The notes beneath the pieces are model-generated. The model did not search any database. It saw only the letters and a list, made by a program, of their open reading frames with translations, and was not told where the DNA came from. A stretch of 64,000 nucleotides of DNA, taken from positions 3,100,001 to 3,164,000 of the forward strand of contig NC_135770.1 in the NCBI RefSeq assembly GCF_052425735.1, written 5' to 3'. The position numbers were made by a program, and so were the translations under genes. The stretch is from Oculina patagonica (Eukaryota). The first letter of the stretch is position 1. Every line of letters begins with the position of its first letter. This document shows, in pieces, positions 43,412 through 57,654 of this stretch.

Positions 43412-44988
43412 ATAGACTTGCCCCAAGTCGCCTTTTTTTTCCTTTGAAATCAAGCGCGAAAGACCACGAGTAAAATCGCCTTTAAAATCGCGCTAGACTT
43501 GCCCCAAGTCGCTCGTGTTTTCTTTGCATCTATAGTTACTTAAATAAATTTGCTTTGAAATCAAGCGAGAAAGACCACTTGAGTAAAATCACCTTTGTAA
43601 TCGCGCGCGAGAGATCGCGCGGGATTCATTTCTGTGAACGCGCGCGCGAAGGAAAACAAATGACACTTCCTAAGGAATGGCTCGGAACGAGCGACTTGTG
43701 TCACTTGCAGGAAATCAATTCTAGCTGACGTTTATTGCCGCGAAAAATTGCATCATGCTTGTGTGCACTGAATTTGTTTCTTTTATCGTATTGACGTCAG
43801 TTTCGTGCGCCGTGTGCAGCTGACGCGCGCTGTGGCGTGTGTTAAAATTGCGATTTTCTTCCCTTTTTGTGGGAAATCATACTCAAGGCCCTTGATCATG
43901 GCTCTCTCATTTCTGTAAGATTTAATAGGGACATGCACCCAAAAAAGACATTTGTGTTGTTTGTTCTAAAACTGGTTTAACTGCCGATGTGAGAAGGAAA
44001 CAAGTCTACTCAACTCAAGAGGTGAAAAGTTAAACGCAAGCTTGTCTCGCGAGCAGCGCGCGCTAAGTTGGCGGGCACAGCGCGCTCAGTAAGTTCGCGC
44101 GAAATACAATATGATTGACATAATCTCGATGGCGTCACCGGTGGAAAAATCCACCGGTGACGCCATATTTCAGAATTGGCGCGCTGCAGGTGAGACAAGT
44201 CGCTCGTTCCGCAACGATCCTCCGCCATTTTGTTTCTCATGCCCCCGCGCGCCCTCCGTTTCCGTATCCAGCGGTCTCCTGCGAATCTAACGAGCGACTT
44301 GGAGCAAGTCTAAAATCGCGCTAGAGAGATCGCGCGCGCGAAGGAAAACAAATGACACTTGCCGAGGAATGGCTCGGAACGAGCGACTTGTGTCACTTGC
44401 AGGAAATCGATTCTAGCTGACGTTTTTTTGCCGCGAAAATATTGCATCATTTCGTGTGCATTGATGTTGGTTTCTTTTATCGTGTTGACGTCAGTTTCGT
44501 GCGCCGTGTGCAGCTGACGCGCGCTGTGGCGTGTGTTAAAATTGCGATTTTCTTCCCTTTTTTGTGAGAAATCATACTCAAGGCCCTTGATGCCTCTCTC
44601 ATTTCTGTAAGATTTGAAGGGACAGTCACAAAAGAAGACATTTGTAATGTTTGTTCCAAAACTGGTTTAAATTGCTGATGTGAGAAGGAAACAAGTCTGC
44701 TCAAGAGAAAAAATGTTAAACGCAGCTTGTCTGGCGAGCAGGGCGCGCTAAGTTGGCGGGCACAGCGCGCTCAGTAAGTTCGCGCGCAATACAATATGAT
44801 TGACATAATCTCGATGGCGTCACCGGTGGATTTTTCCACCGGTGACGCCACATTTCAGAATTGGCGCGCTGCAGGTGAGACAAGTCGCTTGTTCCGCCAC
44901 GATCCTCCGCCATTTTGTTTCTCATGCCCGCGCGCGCCCTCCGTTTCCGTATCCAGCTGTCTCAACAAGCGACTTGGAGCAAGTCTAA
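43412..44988. mobile_element. Dimerised non-autonomous DNA transposon
   Basis: TIR TAGACTTGCCCCAAGTCGC occurs twice at the left and GCGACTTGGAGCAAGTCTA twice at the right; ~690-bp direct duplication. Confidence 0.65.
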
Positions 44989-46605
44989 GTTTTCAACTGC
45001 TTTTGTTTTCTTCCGACAACATCTTGTACTTTGTGACTGAGAGAGTCTGAAAAGGTTTTCATGATCGTGTTCTCGTTCTTTTAAACTGACGTCTTTCGAA
45101 AAACTCATTCTTTTTCGTTGTTTAGTTAAACAAATTAAACCTACTTGTCGATGTTTGCTAACAACAAAACGACACAAGAAACCAAGTTCATTCAGCAAGA
45201 TAGAAATGGCGCGAATCGTGACGTCACTGAGCGATATGCCACTCGCTTGAGTGCCATACGGAAAATACGCCACTCGGGTCCCGGATGGAGTGGCGTATGG
45301 AATCTGACGAGTGGTTTAGTTTTCAGTAAAACACTCTCCTCCATAAAATATTACACAATTATTTACACGCACGCGTGCAACTTTGACTTCGGAGAATCGG
45401 GTTCCGTATCTGGAATGTCGCTGAAAAAATATATTTCCTCTACTCACTACTTCTCCTAATATTGAAACGTCACTATATGGCGGGGTAATAAAGGAAGGTT
45501 GTAGGAGTGGGATAGCCTTTTCCAACGACTCTACTCCGGGTAAACCCATGTTTACTACAAATCAGTTCCAGCTGTGTGACTTTGACTGGTTTCCTTTGGA
45601 GACCCCCAGGTTGACCACCTTTTCTACCTCCATATAAGGAGATGGCCACCCTTAGATCTTATACGAGGTTCGAAAGATTGAAGGGTTTATCGTCCTACCC
45701 AGAGTATTATACACATAACACCAAATGGAAATTAGCTTAGCTGCAAGTCCACGTGTAGCCTTACCTATCGATTACCTACCCCCAACAAACTGAATTAATG
45801 TTGTTTATTTCGGGGAGTGGGCACGGGAACTCCTAGTCTATTGTTTAGCATCCAGGACTTCTCCATTTAATAAAAGCTCGGTTACCCATGTGTTGTGGAA
45901 CTAATAGGCCTAATCACGGTTTTCGACGCCATTTTGACGAGTAGGAAATTCCGAAAAGCGGGCAGAAATTACAGTGTTTGTATGGGAATCCGACGGCAAA
46001 TATCTTATACAAAAATTAAATTCTGAACAACTTATGAATTGTAAAGACAAAATACTAGGCAAAAGTTTTTATTCACCAAGTTTGAAGGATGTAGCGGGAC
46101 TAGAAAGCATTCAGTTACGTTTTTAATTTCCCATACATTTGTCTATAATTTTTTCCCGCGAACCGCGTCAACTCACCGAACCGGAACTTAAATCTGCAGA
46201 GAAAATACAGACAAATGTATGTGAAATTAAAAACGTAACTGAACGCTTTCTAGCCCAGCTACATCCTTCAAACTCGGTGAATAAAAACTTTTGCCTAGTA
46301 TTTTAACTTTCGACTAAAGCGTACAACCCTCGAAATCACAACCTCGTTTCACCCCATTTTTAATTTACATTTATTTAATATTAATATACACGTGTTTATT
46401 TCGTTATTAATACACTGCTTATCAAACAGGTGATAAACAACCAAACTCTCAAAACAAACATAGAAATAAACGCCTACAATTTAGGAAAGAAAAAAAATAT
46501 GCAAAGAACTAAAAGGGAACATTTCAAAAAATCGGGAATCAAAATCAAAAAATCAAATAATAATCAAGAACGGCGTTAAAGCCGTACAACATCACTTTTT
46601 TCAAG

Positions 46606-49600
46606 TCAATATTTCTGCTCGAGGAATTCTCTTAGTGTCTGATACGGGGACACTCTTTTGCTGGCGTACAGACAATTCTTGTTCTGCACTGTAGGAACGG
46701 GCTTGTTCCAGAAGTGGGTAAAGCCATTCTCTCTCAACCAGCTTGTTACTTCCTCGTCAAACTGGCTTCTAAATGTGTCTACATCCCTCGCCAGCACAAA
46801 CAAAGTGACCTGTAAGTTATCGGTGATGACAGAGTACTGGTACAAACCATCGTCGCCGAAAGAAGCGGGTCCCAGTTTGACAACCCAGTCTGTTGAGAGA
46901 AAATAGAACTGTTTGATTATGTTCACAATTAATTAAAATAATGTTGATGGGAAAGTAAACAAGCAGTTGCGTTTAATATTGTCCGGGTGAGAGTAGTTCT
47001 GAGAAGAACTTTTGTTGGTGACTGACGCTTCGACAACCTGAGCGGAAGTTATCTTCAGAGTCAAGTGAAAAGTTGTTAGTCGATGATGTTAACAGTCTGG
47101 TCTGTTGAAGCTGATTGGTCGATCAGTTTTGCCGTGATGTTATTGGCTGTAAGACTTGTGTAAAGTTTTTCAACAGTGATTGGTCAGTTTTGGTTCGTCT
47201 ATTGTTAGTCAAATTAAGTCGTTCCTCTTGGGGTCCGTTCGTTGGTTTTGTTCACGCCGTGAAAATGTCGCCGTTTGTAAGGTGCCGGTAGTTAATGGCA
47301 TCTGTTGTTTTTGCGTACTAACTTTCTAGAGTAATAGATCGATAGATCAGAATCGAGGCGGCTGTAAACCAAGCTTTGCTTCAAGAGGTGTGTCCTTGGG
47401 AAAGGTAAATGAGGAAAAGATGCACTTATTTCTACCCCTGGGTCAACCCCACATCGCTTTATACAAAAGAAACACCCAGAACAACATCAACAACAACAAC
47501 AAAACAGCCGTTAAGCTGATTCGTTTGCTACACGAAGTTAAAGGGACTATGTCACGGATTTAAACAGATTTTTGTTTAGCAAAAATTTATATTTGTGTCG
47601 CAGGAAACCTTAACATAATAGTCTATTTTTATTAAAAAATGCTATATTAGAGCACTGAAACTGTTAACCAGCATCTTTGGTTGCGGATGGCTCGGATGGA
47701 AACGGATTGCAACTTGAAAAAGTTAGGCTAACATATTAAAGTTGTTTCCGCGCTTCATCAAAAAGTCGACATTTATAGCCGTAGGTTGATTTCCATCTGC
47801 AAAGTAAGGTTATATCTTCCTTTAAATGTTCAAAGATAATGGTTTTTATGGAATAATTAAGTTGCGTACTACTAATTTCAGAACAGTTTAGACCAAAAAG
47901 CAGTGAGCTCCCCGTGAAATAACTCCTTTAATCAATCCAACCTATTTTTCCAAATTGAAGCATTGATTTACACGAGAGACGCTTGCTTATGACTGAGGAC
48001 TCAGTTAAAGTCACTTACATGGGGCATCAAGTGGTGTGCCTTCAAGATGAACTTTGAGTTTTCCTGGTTCTTTTGGATCGGGTACGTAGGCATAGCCTGT
48101 AATGTTCTTAGCATTTCCTGTCTCTGTCTTGAGCCTTTCACTGTTCAGCACACCGATCTTTCCATCTTTCTGAAGTGTATCTGTATAACAGAAACACTAT
48201 TAATACTTTAAGCGTGAATCTCTCTAAGCATGGGCTTGTCGAAAACAGTATTACAGAATAAAAAGAGAATAACAATAGGTTGTTCACAGCCTCTTTATTT
48301 TTGAACGCAAAGACGCGCCTACCATTTTGCATTGGTATCCAGTTCTCTCACAATTTCTTTTCCCGCGTTCAACAATAGAGGAAAAAATTTATACGAGAAG
48401 GGCTTTGATCAGTCTAGAACAATCACATCATGTTCCTTCAGTTTTGTTTTCCACGCGCGCAACTAGTAATCTAAACACATCACACGACGTATACCCCAGG
48501 ATATCCCAAGAGTTGTCAACAAGTTTTACAACTTAGCGTTTAATGTTTGCATTTCGCAATTCCGTTTGCATCCAAAATTAATAAGAGAATAATTTTGTCA
48601 TTTGACCGGCTGCTTGGTCATTTAAAGATTCAAAGAAACCTCAGCCTTTGTTTGTTGTTCCCAGCAAACCATGCGAAGTCACTGCAATGTGTGACCACCG
48701 AATCGGTAGGGGTGAAAATGACCGTGACAGAGCATAAATATTTGATAAATAAATAGTGTGCCTAGTAGAAGTACGTTAAGTAGTAGCCTCCATTTGACTT
48801 CAAGCTTTGCGCGGATATCAGTAAAGTTCAGTAAGAAAGACAAGAGCGGATCGTGACAGTTTGTCAACTACTAAGTTTTAACTTAGATGTCATGATCGCC
48901 GTGCTGTTACAACAACAAGTTATGTACAAACTCACAATCTGCTGTCACGCATACCGCGTCACGCTCAAAAGTCTCCATAACTGTGGCATCTGCGTACATC
49001 TATTTTGAACAGTGTAAAAAATAAAAACAACATAAATATGAAAGGGATTCTAAAATGTCTTTAACAACCAACTAAATAAAAATAAAATGTGAAAAGAACA
49101 CATTTTTCCCGTCCTAATTCATGCACAGACCCCAGGAAGGAGGTACTTTACCCATGGGGTATTGGGGTGCCTCTGGGGTTTAGAACCCTGACGGCCTGAC
49201 CCTAGGACAAAATGGCTTTAAATACTTACCCTGTGTAGAAAAAAAAAATTAAAAAAAATAAATATATAAAAAATAAATAAATAAATAAATAAGTACAGAT
49301 AAACGATTTTGATTTCGGATTGCTCGACCACCCTCTCCTTCACGCAGCTATGTTCAGGATAGAGTCACCAAAATCCATAACCTATATAGCGGCTCGTTCC
49401 GTATAGGTAAAATAGGGGTGTATCCCCCACGGGGGCACGCCACGCCTCCCAAGTAAGTCTGTGGGTTGGATTACCTGCGAAGGAGAGTTGCGTGACTACC
49501 AAAATGTTGGAGGCTATTTCAAATCAAATTCTTGCATTAATGATCATTAAATTTCACACCCAGAATTCTGCTTTTATTCGAAAAAAGCAACGTGTCTAAT

Positions 49601-50435
49601 GTTTTTTAAAATGTAAACCATTGCCACGGGCATTTTAAAATATATACATTACATGGTGTGTGGCGTTGATCGTTAATCTTCTTGTCAGATTATCGATTCA
49701 CTCCCGAGGTAGCAATAACACATACTGTATTGTGCCTCGTCTTCAGCGTCAAATAACTCGGATGAAAGGAGTCTACGTTTGATAATAAATATCATTCGAC
49801 ATAAAGACGATTCCATGTGTAATGCTTTTTGTCATTTCTTGTGTTGCAAGCACCACAAACTTTTTGTCAGATTTTTGAAACGTCTAAAATTGTTACGTAA
49901 TCAGTTACACAAGATGAATGTGTCCTAACCTGCGATCAGGCAGGGAGGGAGGGCATGATCTCAGGTAAAATGCGTCCCAAAACAAACAGGGCTAAGTCAC
50001 AGAATACGGGGCCACGTTATTTGCATGCCATTGAATAACTATATAACAATAGCATCTATTGTGTTATGCCTCGTTCTACAAAGCGTTCCGACACATGTAA
50101 ATGAGGTGGACCAAAGTGAATTTTGTAGTTGCTATGCGTTAAAAAAATGGCTAAAAGCGAAACCGCTCCTGAGAATCTTCCTTACGAGCTAACATCCTTC
50201 TTTAGTCTTGAAATAAGTTTTGAAATTGTAAGTTTTGAAATATGTACATCGATAATAGGGACTGTTCAAGAAAGACGGAGATAAGTATTACATAATCAAG
50301 ATGCTACAAAACTTTGTATCTACAAACCTGGTACCAGCGGCCAAGATACTGTGTCACATTCAAAGATGGGACGGTGTTAATTCCGAAAGCGTCGCTGAAA
50401 CATGCGACAACTAGCAGAAATATAACGTGTTTCAT
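46606..50435 (-). CDS. Apolipoprotein D-like lipocalin, copy 2; exons 50435-50328, 48999-48936, 48180-48019, 46889-46606 (205 aa)
   Basis: Same exon sizes (108/64/162 nt) and splice phases as copy 1; open frame; highly similar protein. Confidence 0.9.
46975..47300 (-). mobile_element. Penelope-like element pLTR relic with a mutated minimal hammerhead ribozyme (47019-47063)
   Basis: Minus strand TGACT-CTGAAGA-TAAC..GTTGTC-GAAG-CGTC-AGTCA; the core GAAA is mutated to GAAG. Confidence 0.65.
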
Positions 50436-51589
50436 GCTGATTTCTCTAGAGTAACTTTAGTAGCTGTTGAGCGAAGGCTTTGCTTGCGTGAAAAGGATTG
50501 CAGCTAAGCGAGGTCTGGGTTTTACACTGTGTTTCTATATATGGTAGCATGCATGCAGCGAAATCTTTTCATCACGCGATTGACCTTTGCACGAATTAAC
50601 TGTGTATCACGTAACGCTTCTCGTGAACAGAGCGTTGCGTGAGTCGAGTCACGATGTTGTATGGTCACCGAAGCAAAGGCTAGGGAGAACAGAGCCTTTT
50701 TAAAACGTAGATAACTCACTAACTGCATTTGACCATCGGAGAAACGCTAATCAGCGGTCTGAAGCTAAAGGATTTTGGAATCCGTTCATTCACTTCGAAT
50801 GCCGGGAGCTCACGTACGGCACGATACTCGTGTCATGGCACGATTCCACCCTCTCTTTTTTTGTTAGGTATCCTTTTGCCTTGTATGTGTAACTGTATGT
50901 GTGGATTCGCACATTGTCCACATCGATTCAGCAAATTATCCAGGTCAACAAAAGAACCGGTGCACCTCGTTGGTTTTTCAGTTGTGATTTTGCCTTTATT
51001 AGAAGATGTCCTTACCATCCTAGTAATTGCTACTCAAAGTCATAGTCATAGTAATTTTTCTTGGACAATTCTGTCTAAGGGGAAAGGCGCAATGAGGTTA
51101 ACCCTATGAAAAGCACCAACCCGTGAAACAAGGCCCTGCTTGTCGCCCTTATTTGCTTTCTTTACGTCACCCCTGACAACAGAATCTACAATATTTTTTT
51201 TAAAAATATATATACGTTGTTTACATATCAGCTTAGGAAATAATTGTTAACTTTATTTTTTATGAACGGGACACCCATGGTTTCGGGAGGTTTTGGCTGC
51301 ATGGGACAAATTCAGGAGCTTTACATCTGGTTGCCAAGGAAACGTGGCATACAGGGAGGTTTCATGTAAGCGTAAGCTACAATCTTGAAATTACTGATTG
51401 GTTCGAGAAAAAGAACTCTGTTTAATATATGTCATATCATAAATGATAAAAAGATTAGTATTTCTGAATTTTACGCAGACTATGTTGTAAGTTGTTCTTG
51501 TATGTTCTTTAAGCTGTCTCTCTCTTTTTCTCTATATCTCAACTAAATTAACCGTGTGCAATCATTCAAGAACTTAATTAAAAACTTTG

Positions 51590-52085
51590 AACTGTACATG
51601 TATTAATAATGGCGTCAGCTACTTTAGCAGGGTCCCCGTATTTCTCGTCTAGTCGTTTCCACATCTCCTGGATATCATCCTCTACCCCTTTGATCGCATA
51701 CATCCTTGGGTTCCTTTCCTAAGAAGGAGCATAGACACCTGGTAGAATGTAGCACGCGCTGTCTTTATCCAATGTTGGCATTACTTGTTTTTTAAAATCC
51801 TTTTTAAATTGGAGATACTCTCTGATCGTCCCATCAAAGGATGGCATTTTAACTTTCTTCATGCGTAGTGCACAATTTTGTCTGTCGTTGTTTTTGTTTT
51901 CTGTCATGGTGGTGAAAGTTCGAATTTTTTCAATTGTCTCGTTCTAACGTGTCTGGATTGTTCGAATCCATTCGAATTCATTTTCTGTGGAAGCTTCATT
52001 TAGAATCTCAAGCATTTTGTCGTGCGCGCTCTTGCAATCTGCTAGCGCGAACTCTATATCCCTTTCAGTTTTGCGCAAAGCCCGC
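51590..52085 (-). pseudogene. BEL/Pao LTR retrotransposon gag fragment (DUF1759-like)
   Basis: LRMKKVKMPSFDGTIREYLQFKKDF and, after a frameshift, DDIQEMWKRLDEKYGDPAKVADAII; absent from the copy-1 duplicate. Confidence 0.7.
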
Positions 52086-52089
52086 CATT

Positions 52090-55000
52090 CCTGCGTTTTC
52101 GTTATCCGCTATCGGCTTATTTGTGATTTTTATGTTATTGATTTTTATTGATCTAATCCCGTGTAATTATGTACTTCTACACTTCTTATTTTTAAACATT
52201 ATTGTTTGAAGATCGTTAAGTCGATGATCGCTTGCAGTGCACTCAGATTGCATGTATAATAAAATGGGTACAGTCTGTCCGTTCGTGTTTTGTTGACAAA
52301 TACACGCACTTGCTGGCCTCACAATGAACTCGAAATTTTCAATACTGTATTGAAAATTTCTCGTTCATTGTGCGGTGTATTTGTCAACAAAACACTCACA
52401 ACAATCTCTAACCCATAAATAAAGCACGCAAGGAAGTCGGACGAGATAACGGAAGAAGTGTAGGGTGAAACACAACCAACAGGCGAGTGTTTCTCCCTTC
52501 TTTTTGATTCGTGATTCGTAAGCTCCATGCTTTGTGCTCTCATAAAACAAGTTGTTTAAAACAACGACACCACTTTTTATATTTGCAATTTATTGTAACC
52601 TCCATTTAATTATCAGCTACACACTATTGTTTCGTTAAGATGACGGATTACTCCAAGGCTTCATCCTCTGCAAGCGCTGAAAAAAAGAAAGAAAAGAAAA
52701 CTTGTCTAAGGCCAATCAGTTTCGATATATTTAAATTCTTACTTGGCTCCGAGGGGTTGTGGAAATAAAACAAGAAAATCATATCGAAGTTAAGGGATGA
52801 ATAAATGATATTTTTGTTATGTTCCCCCCAAGCCATTAAATGTTTAGTTCCCGATCGTAGAATACAAAAATGCGCATTAAATTACATAGAGCAAAAATTG
52901 CAGAAATTTCCAAGTGAAGGGTACAAGAGTTTCCTAAAAAAATTCCACAAAAACTTCGAAAAACTGACGAAAAACGTCGAGATTCTGAAATGAGGGTAGT
53001 TTAAGGTGATTCCTCAGTATTGCATTCTGTTGCGCATCCAGAATTTTACGCGTGATTAGCGCGCGCACGTAAGCAAAATGGTGGCTTTTTCTATATACGG
53101 TATAGCCTAATTTCGGTGTACAAATTATCGTCTTTGAGATAGAAAACTATCAATTCATGGGAGGGAAAAAGATATAGCTGAATGCGTGCACAAAATCTTT
53201 ACACGAGGGCGCAAATCCGAAAAAAGGAAAAGACTATATTATGGTTTTGTAGCGTACAGCATTGTAGTTGTAATGTAAGTTTTAACAACAGCAAGAATGT
53301 AATGTAGTGTGTATGTGTTGCAATAAAGCATTAAAAATAACTATCAATTATAACATGAAGACATTACAAGCACGGCATGTCAACAAGTTAGGTTTTCGCT
53401 AAATACATACAAATAATCGAATTCGCAGCGCCCATTGCGCCATACAAAACAAGGTGGCGGTCCACAGTCCACAGTCAATTCGTGTTTGTCTGTGAACACA
53501 CAAAAAAGATCCTTTGCAAGTTAGTCATAAAAAAAGTCATGCCCTAAACAAAACGAGAACTTTTTCATTTTAACCTCCATGTTTAAAACCTAAGTTAAAA
53601 ACAAAATTAACGTTCACCTTGCTTAGAACGAACACGCATGGGGTGATCATTTTGATTTCCGAAGCCAGGCTCACGGGGTGCACCCTGCACAGTAATGGAC
53701 CCCAACATAATCAATAACAGGCACAAGTAAAACGTGGATCCCATTGTTTTCCTGCAAAAGAAAACATGATAATCAGTATGCTAAAGAAACGAAACGAAAT
53801 CAGTGACCTTTGTTAACTCAGGTTTGAACGTAACTTTGATCAGTTTGATATAGAAAAGGAAAAGAAACAGAGGATTTTTTTATGATTTCCATTTTCACGC
53901 CATGATCCAAAGATCAATTCCAATGGGGCTTTGTTGAAAGGCTTCGCTCGACACATAGGTCAAATCGCATAAGAGGAAATATGTTCAAGAAAGCTTTTCT
54001 GTACTTATTGCGGGGAGAGAAAGGGGCGACAGGGCCCGAGACCGACATAATCCAAAAAATTGCAAAGCAGTCAATTTACGTTTTTGGTCAGGAGTGTTTC
54101 ATGCCTTGCTACCTTTCACGCACGAAATTGCTGTCGTAGCTCACGTTCTCCAAAGCCCCAAAACAAGACCAAACAAGAGTCATTTCGCTTTCAGTTTTAA
54201 ACTTAGATGTGTTAGCTCTCCTGCTTATTTGGTTTCAAATGAGTGCTTTGTGAAAAATCGCGAAAATGCTTGTGCTTGTTTTTTCTGCTTGTCAAAATGG
54301 CCGACAAAAAGCGACCATTTTTCGCTGTTCATAAATCTCGAAACATTTCACTGTAAATTCTATAAACTAGGAAAGTGGCTGGTGAAATTTCGTTTGAATT
54401 TGTTTAATTTCACGCGAGAACCAGACTCGTATATTTTTATGTTTTAAAAATAAAATTATTGCTTAAACATGGACTTGAGGCTGGCGTGATAATGTGTGGT
54501 TACCGTGGTAACGGAACATCTGTCAATCAAAATGTGTTTTCTTTTGTTTAAGCCATTAGGTAACCTGACTCCACAGAAACATAAAGGAGGGTTGAAAATT
54601 TAAATGTTTAAAATTTTTAATTTTGAAAATTTTATTTTCCAGCTTTACCTCCACAGAAAAATAAAAGGAGGGTTAAAATATTTTAATTTCCAGCTTTTCT
54701 TTACTTTATCAGAAAATCGCTCTTAATAAAGGCCTTTTCAGAGCCCAGCTCCTTGACTTCATACCTTACCCTGGCTGCCAGGGTGTTCTTTGCGCGGTTT
54801 CCGATCTCTGGGAACTTCGAACAAACAGCTCGAGATATAGCGCACGAAACGAAGAACATGGCAAACGGTTCGAGTTTATAGGAAGGACGTCGAAGCACTA
54901 AAATTGGAAAATTAAACTAAAGCATTCAAACCGTTCTCCCTTGTTTGGACCTATCTATCCAAGGACATCGTCAAGCAGACGAAATTGAATTAAAACGTAT

Positions 55001-56990
55001 TCCTGTAGAGGATTTTTTTTCGCAGTTTGTTTTCTTTTGTGTAAAACTGAAATACATGTGTATTTTCTTTTATTACGAAGGCAACAGCGGTGGGTTTGAA
55101 AACCAGAAACTCTTCTTTTGCACTCGCCTTGCTTAAGAATAAAAAAATTGGCAGTAATCACACCGCCTACTCCTCGACGTAATTTGTACGTATAATATAC
55201 AGAAGTAACAAACACTACTTACTTCACTGGAGTCTTCTCGTTTAGTTTTCCTCAGTTTAAGTCACTCTTCCGCGAAGCCAAACCTTCTTTTCAATTCAGG
55301 GTTCTGTTAAGAACTGAATGTGGTCTGTGCTGGCTGTTCTTAAGAAGTTCTAATTATCTAACGATAGAATATGAAATTGACCGCTGAATATTGGAAACAA
55401 GTGTTGTTTAACTCATATCATATCTCTCCAGACTTGCTGGCGCCAATAGCACTCGCAAACAGCGCATGCCTAGCTGCATTTATCTAGGGTGGCCTGCTAA
55501 ATATTTACTTAATCAAAAAAATTTGCTTTTCTTCGTATCTAGAAATTCTTACCCATGATATCATTTTCAACAATCGCTGGGCCATGCAGAAGGAGAGTGA
55601 AGAAGAATAACCATTGTTGCATTTTTAAATTCAGGTTTAAGGCTGATTTTGTGCAGAGAAATTACCCAAAATGTTTTCAGTTTTAGACAAAAGAAGACAA
55701 AAACTACGAAGGGAGGGATAGCTAAGCAGGTTTGTCAGTTGTTACCTGGGAAATTAGCCTGAAGGTTGAAAATTGTTTGATGAAACTGAACTTCTAAAAA
55801 GATAAAACGTGATGGTTAAAAACCACGTGGTAAATAAGGAAAGCGATAAATGTCAAATTTAAAAATTTGCTTTTAAGCAATACTTTCACTAATAGATCAA
55901 AGTGGTGCTCATTGGCATCGATTGTTTACCCATTCTGTACAACCACTTTGACCAGTAGTAAAATGACATGTAAATTACTAACTCGAACACAGTAATTTCT
56001 CTTGAAATAATATTTTTCCAAACACTGGCGAGAAGGTGGTTATCAATTATAAAAACCACATTTCGGACACAGGTAATAGCTTGTTCAACTATTTTTAGGG
56101 AATTTCTTTACAATACAATTATTATCTAACGATACAGTATGAAACAACGATACAATATGAAATTGACAGCTTGATATTAGAAAGAAGTGTTGTTTAACTC
56201 ATATCATATCTCTCCAGACTTGCTGGCACCAATTGCACTCGCAAACAGCGCATGCCTAGCTGTATTTATCTAGGGTGGGATTCTTGTTATTTACCTAATG
56301 AAAAAAAAATGTTGATCTTCGTATCTAGAAATTCTTAACGATGATGTCGTTTTCAAGAAATGTAAGACCAGACAGAAATAGTATGAAGAAGAGAAACCGT
56401 GTTGCAATTGTAAATTTAGGTTCAGAAGCTGACTTAGAGCGTAAAAAATACCCTAAATGTTTTCAATTTTAGACAAAAGAAGACAAGAACTACGAGGAGG
56501 CGATGGCTTAGCAGATTTGTCATTTGTTACCTAGGAAATTAGCCTGAAGGTTGAAAATTATTTGATGAAACTGAACTTTTAAAAAGATAAAACTTAATGG
56601 TTACAAAACCACGTGGTGAATAAGGAAAACGATAAATTTCAAATTAATGACGCTCTTAAGCAATACTTAAGTGTTGTTATCATATCTCTTCAGACTTGCT
56701 AGTGTCAATAGCACTCGCAAACAGCGCATGCCTAGCTGCATTTTTCTAGGGTAGGCTTCTTGATATTTACCTAATGAAAAATTTTGTTGGTCTTCGAACG
56801 GCCAGAAATTCTTAACCATGATATTAATTTCAACGAACTTAGACGAGACAGCAAGAGTGTGAAGAAGAGCAACCATTGTTGCATTTTCTAAATTCAAGTT
56901 TAAGGCTCTTTTGGAGTATAAAAATTGCCCTAAATGTTTTCAATTTTAGACAAGGCAAGACGAAAACTACGAGGGGGGATAGCTAAGCAC
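52090..56990 (+). repeat. Duplicated large host repeat upstream of ApoD copy 2
   Basis: Near-identical to 8700-12970, with additional ~470-bp units. Confidence 0.8.
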
Positions 56991-57320
56991 CCCGGTCGTC
57001 CCCAGGGCGCTTTTCTCTTGCCTTCATTAGACGATATCCTTACCATTCTAGTAATCGCTGCTCATAGTCATAGTTTTCATAGCCATTTTTCTTGGACAAT
57101 TCTGTCCAAGGGAGAAAGGCACAATGAGGTTACCATTACTTGTCGCATCAACCCGTGAAACAAGGCCAGGTCACAACACCGGGAACTCCGCGCCCTACGC
57201 TTCATGATTTTAATCTTAATTTTGCCTTGACAGTTGGTTATCTCTTGTTGTAGATTGTTGCAGGCATTTGGTTTGTTGGGTAGCGGCACAAAAAACGGGA
57301 ATAGTGCGAGGATCGGCGAG

Positions 57321-57494
57321 TCAGGTCATACTCCCGACTCGCCAGAACTATTATTTGATAACTTCACCGACCGTTTGACTGTGACAGAAGGGCAGCAGTT
57401 TGCAGTTTGGTTTGGAGAGGACTTATATAAATGCGACGAGACAGATAACGGCGGGACACAAGCATGCGTTGAAGTGTATGGCTTGTTCGTGTAA
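57321..57494 (+). pseudogene. Truncated 3' fragment of a paralog of the PAN-EGF gene's last exon
   Basis: GHTPDSPELLFDNF...GQQFAVWFGEDL...DNGGTQACVEVYGLFV* matches about 62504-62675; it is fused directly to an unrelated repeat with no upstream exon. Confidence 0.8.
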
Positions 57495-57654
57495 ACCGAT
57501 GAATTTGTAGACTTGCCAGCCCTTACGGTTTTTCATCACTTTTGTTTGGGGACTCAGAATTTTTTTACGTCCCATGCTCGTGTCATTGTTGAACAATTCA
57601 TCTTCATTAGTTATTACCGAGCTTAATAAAATACCATCAATATTAATTACTAGA

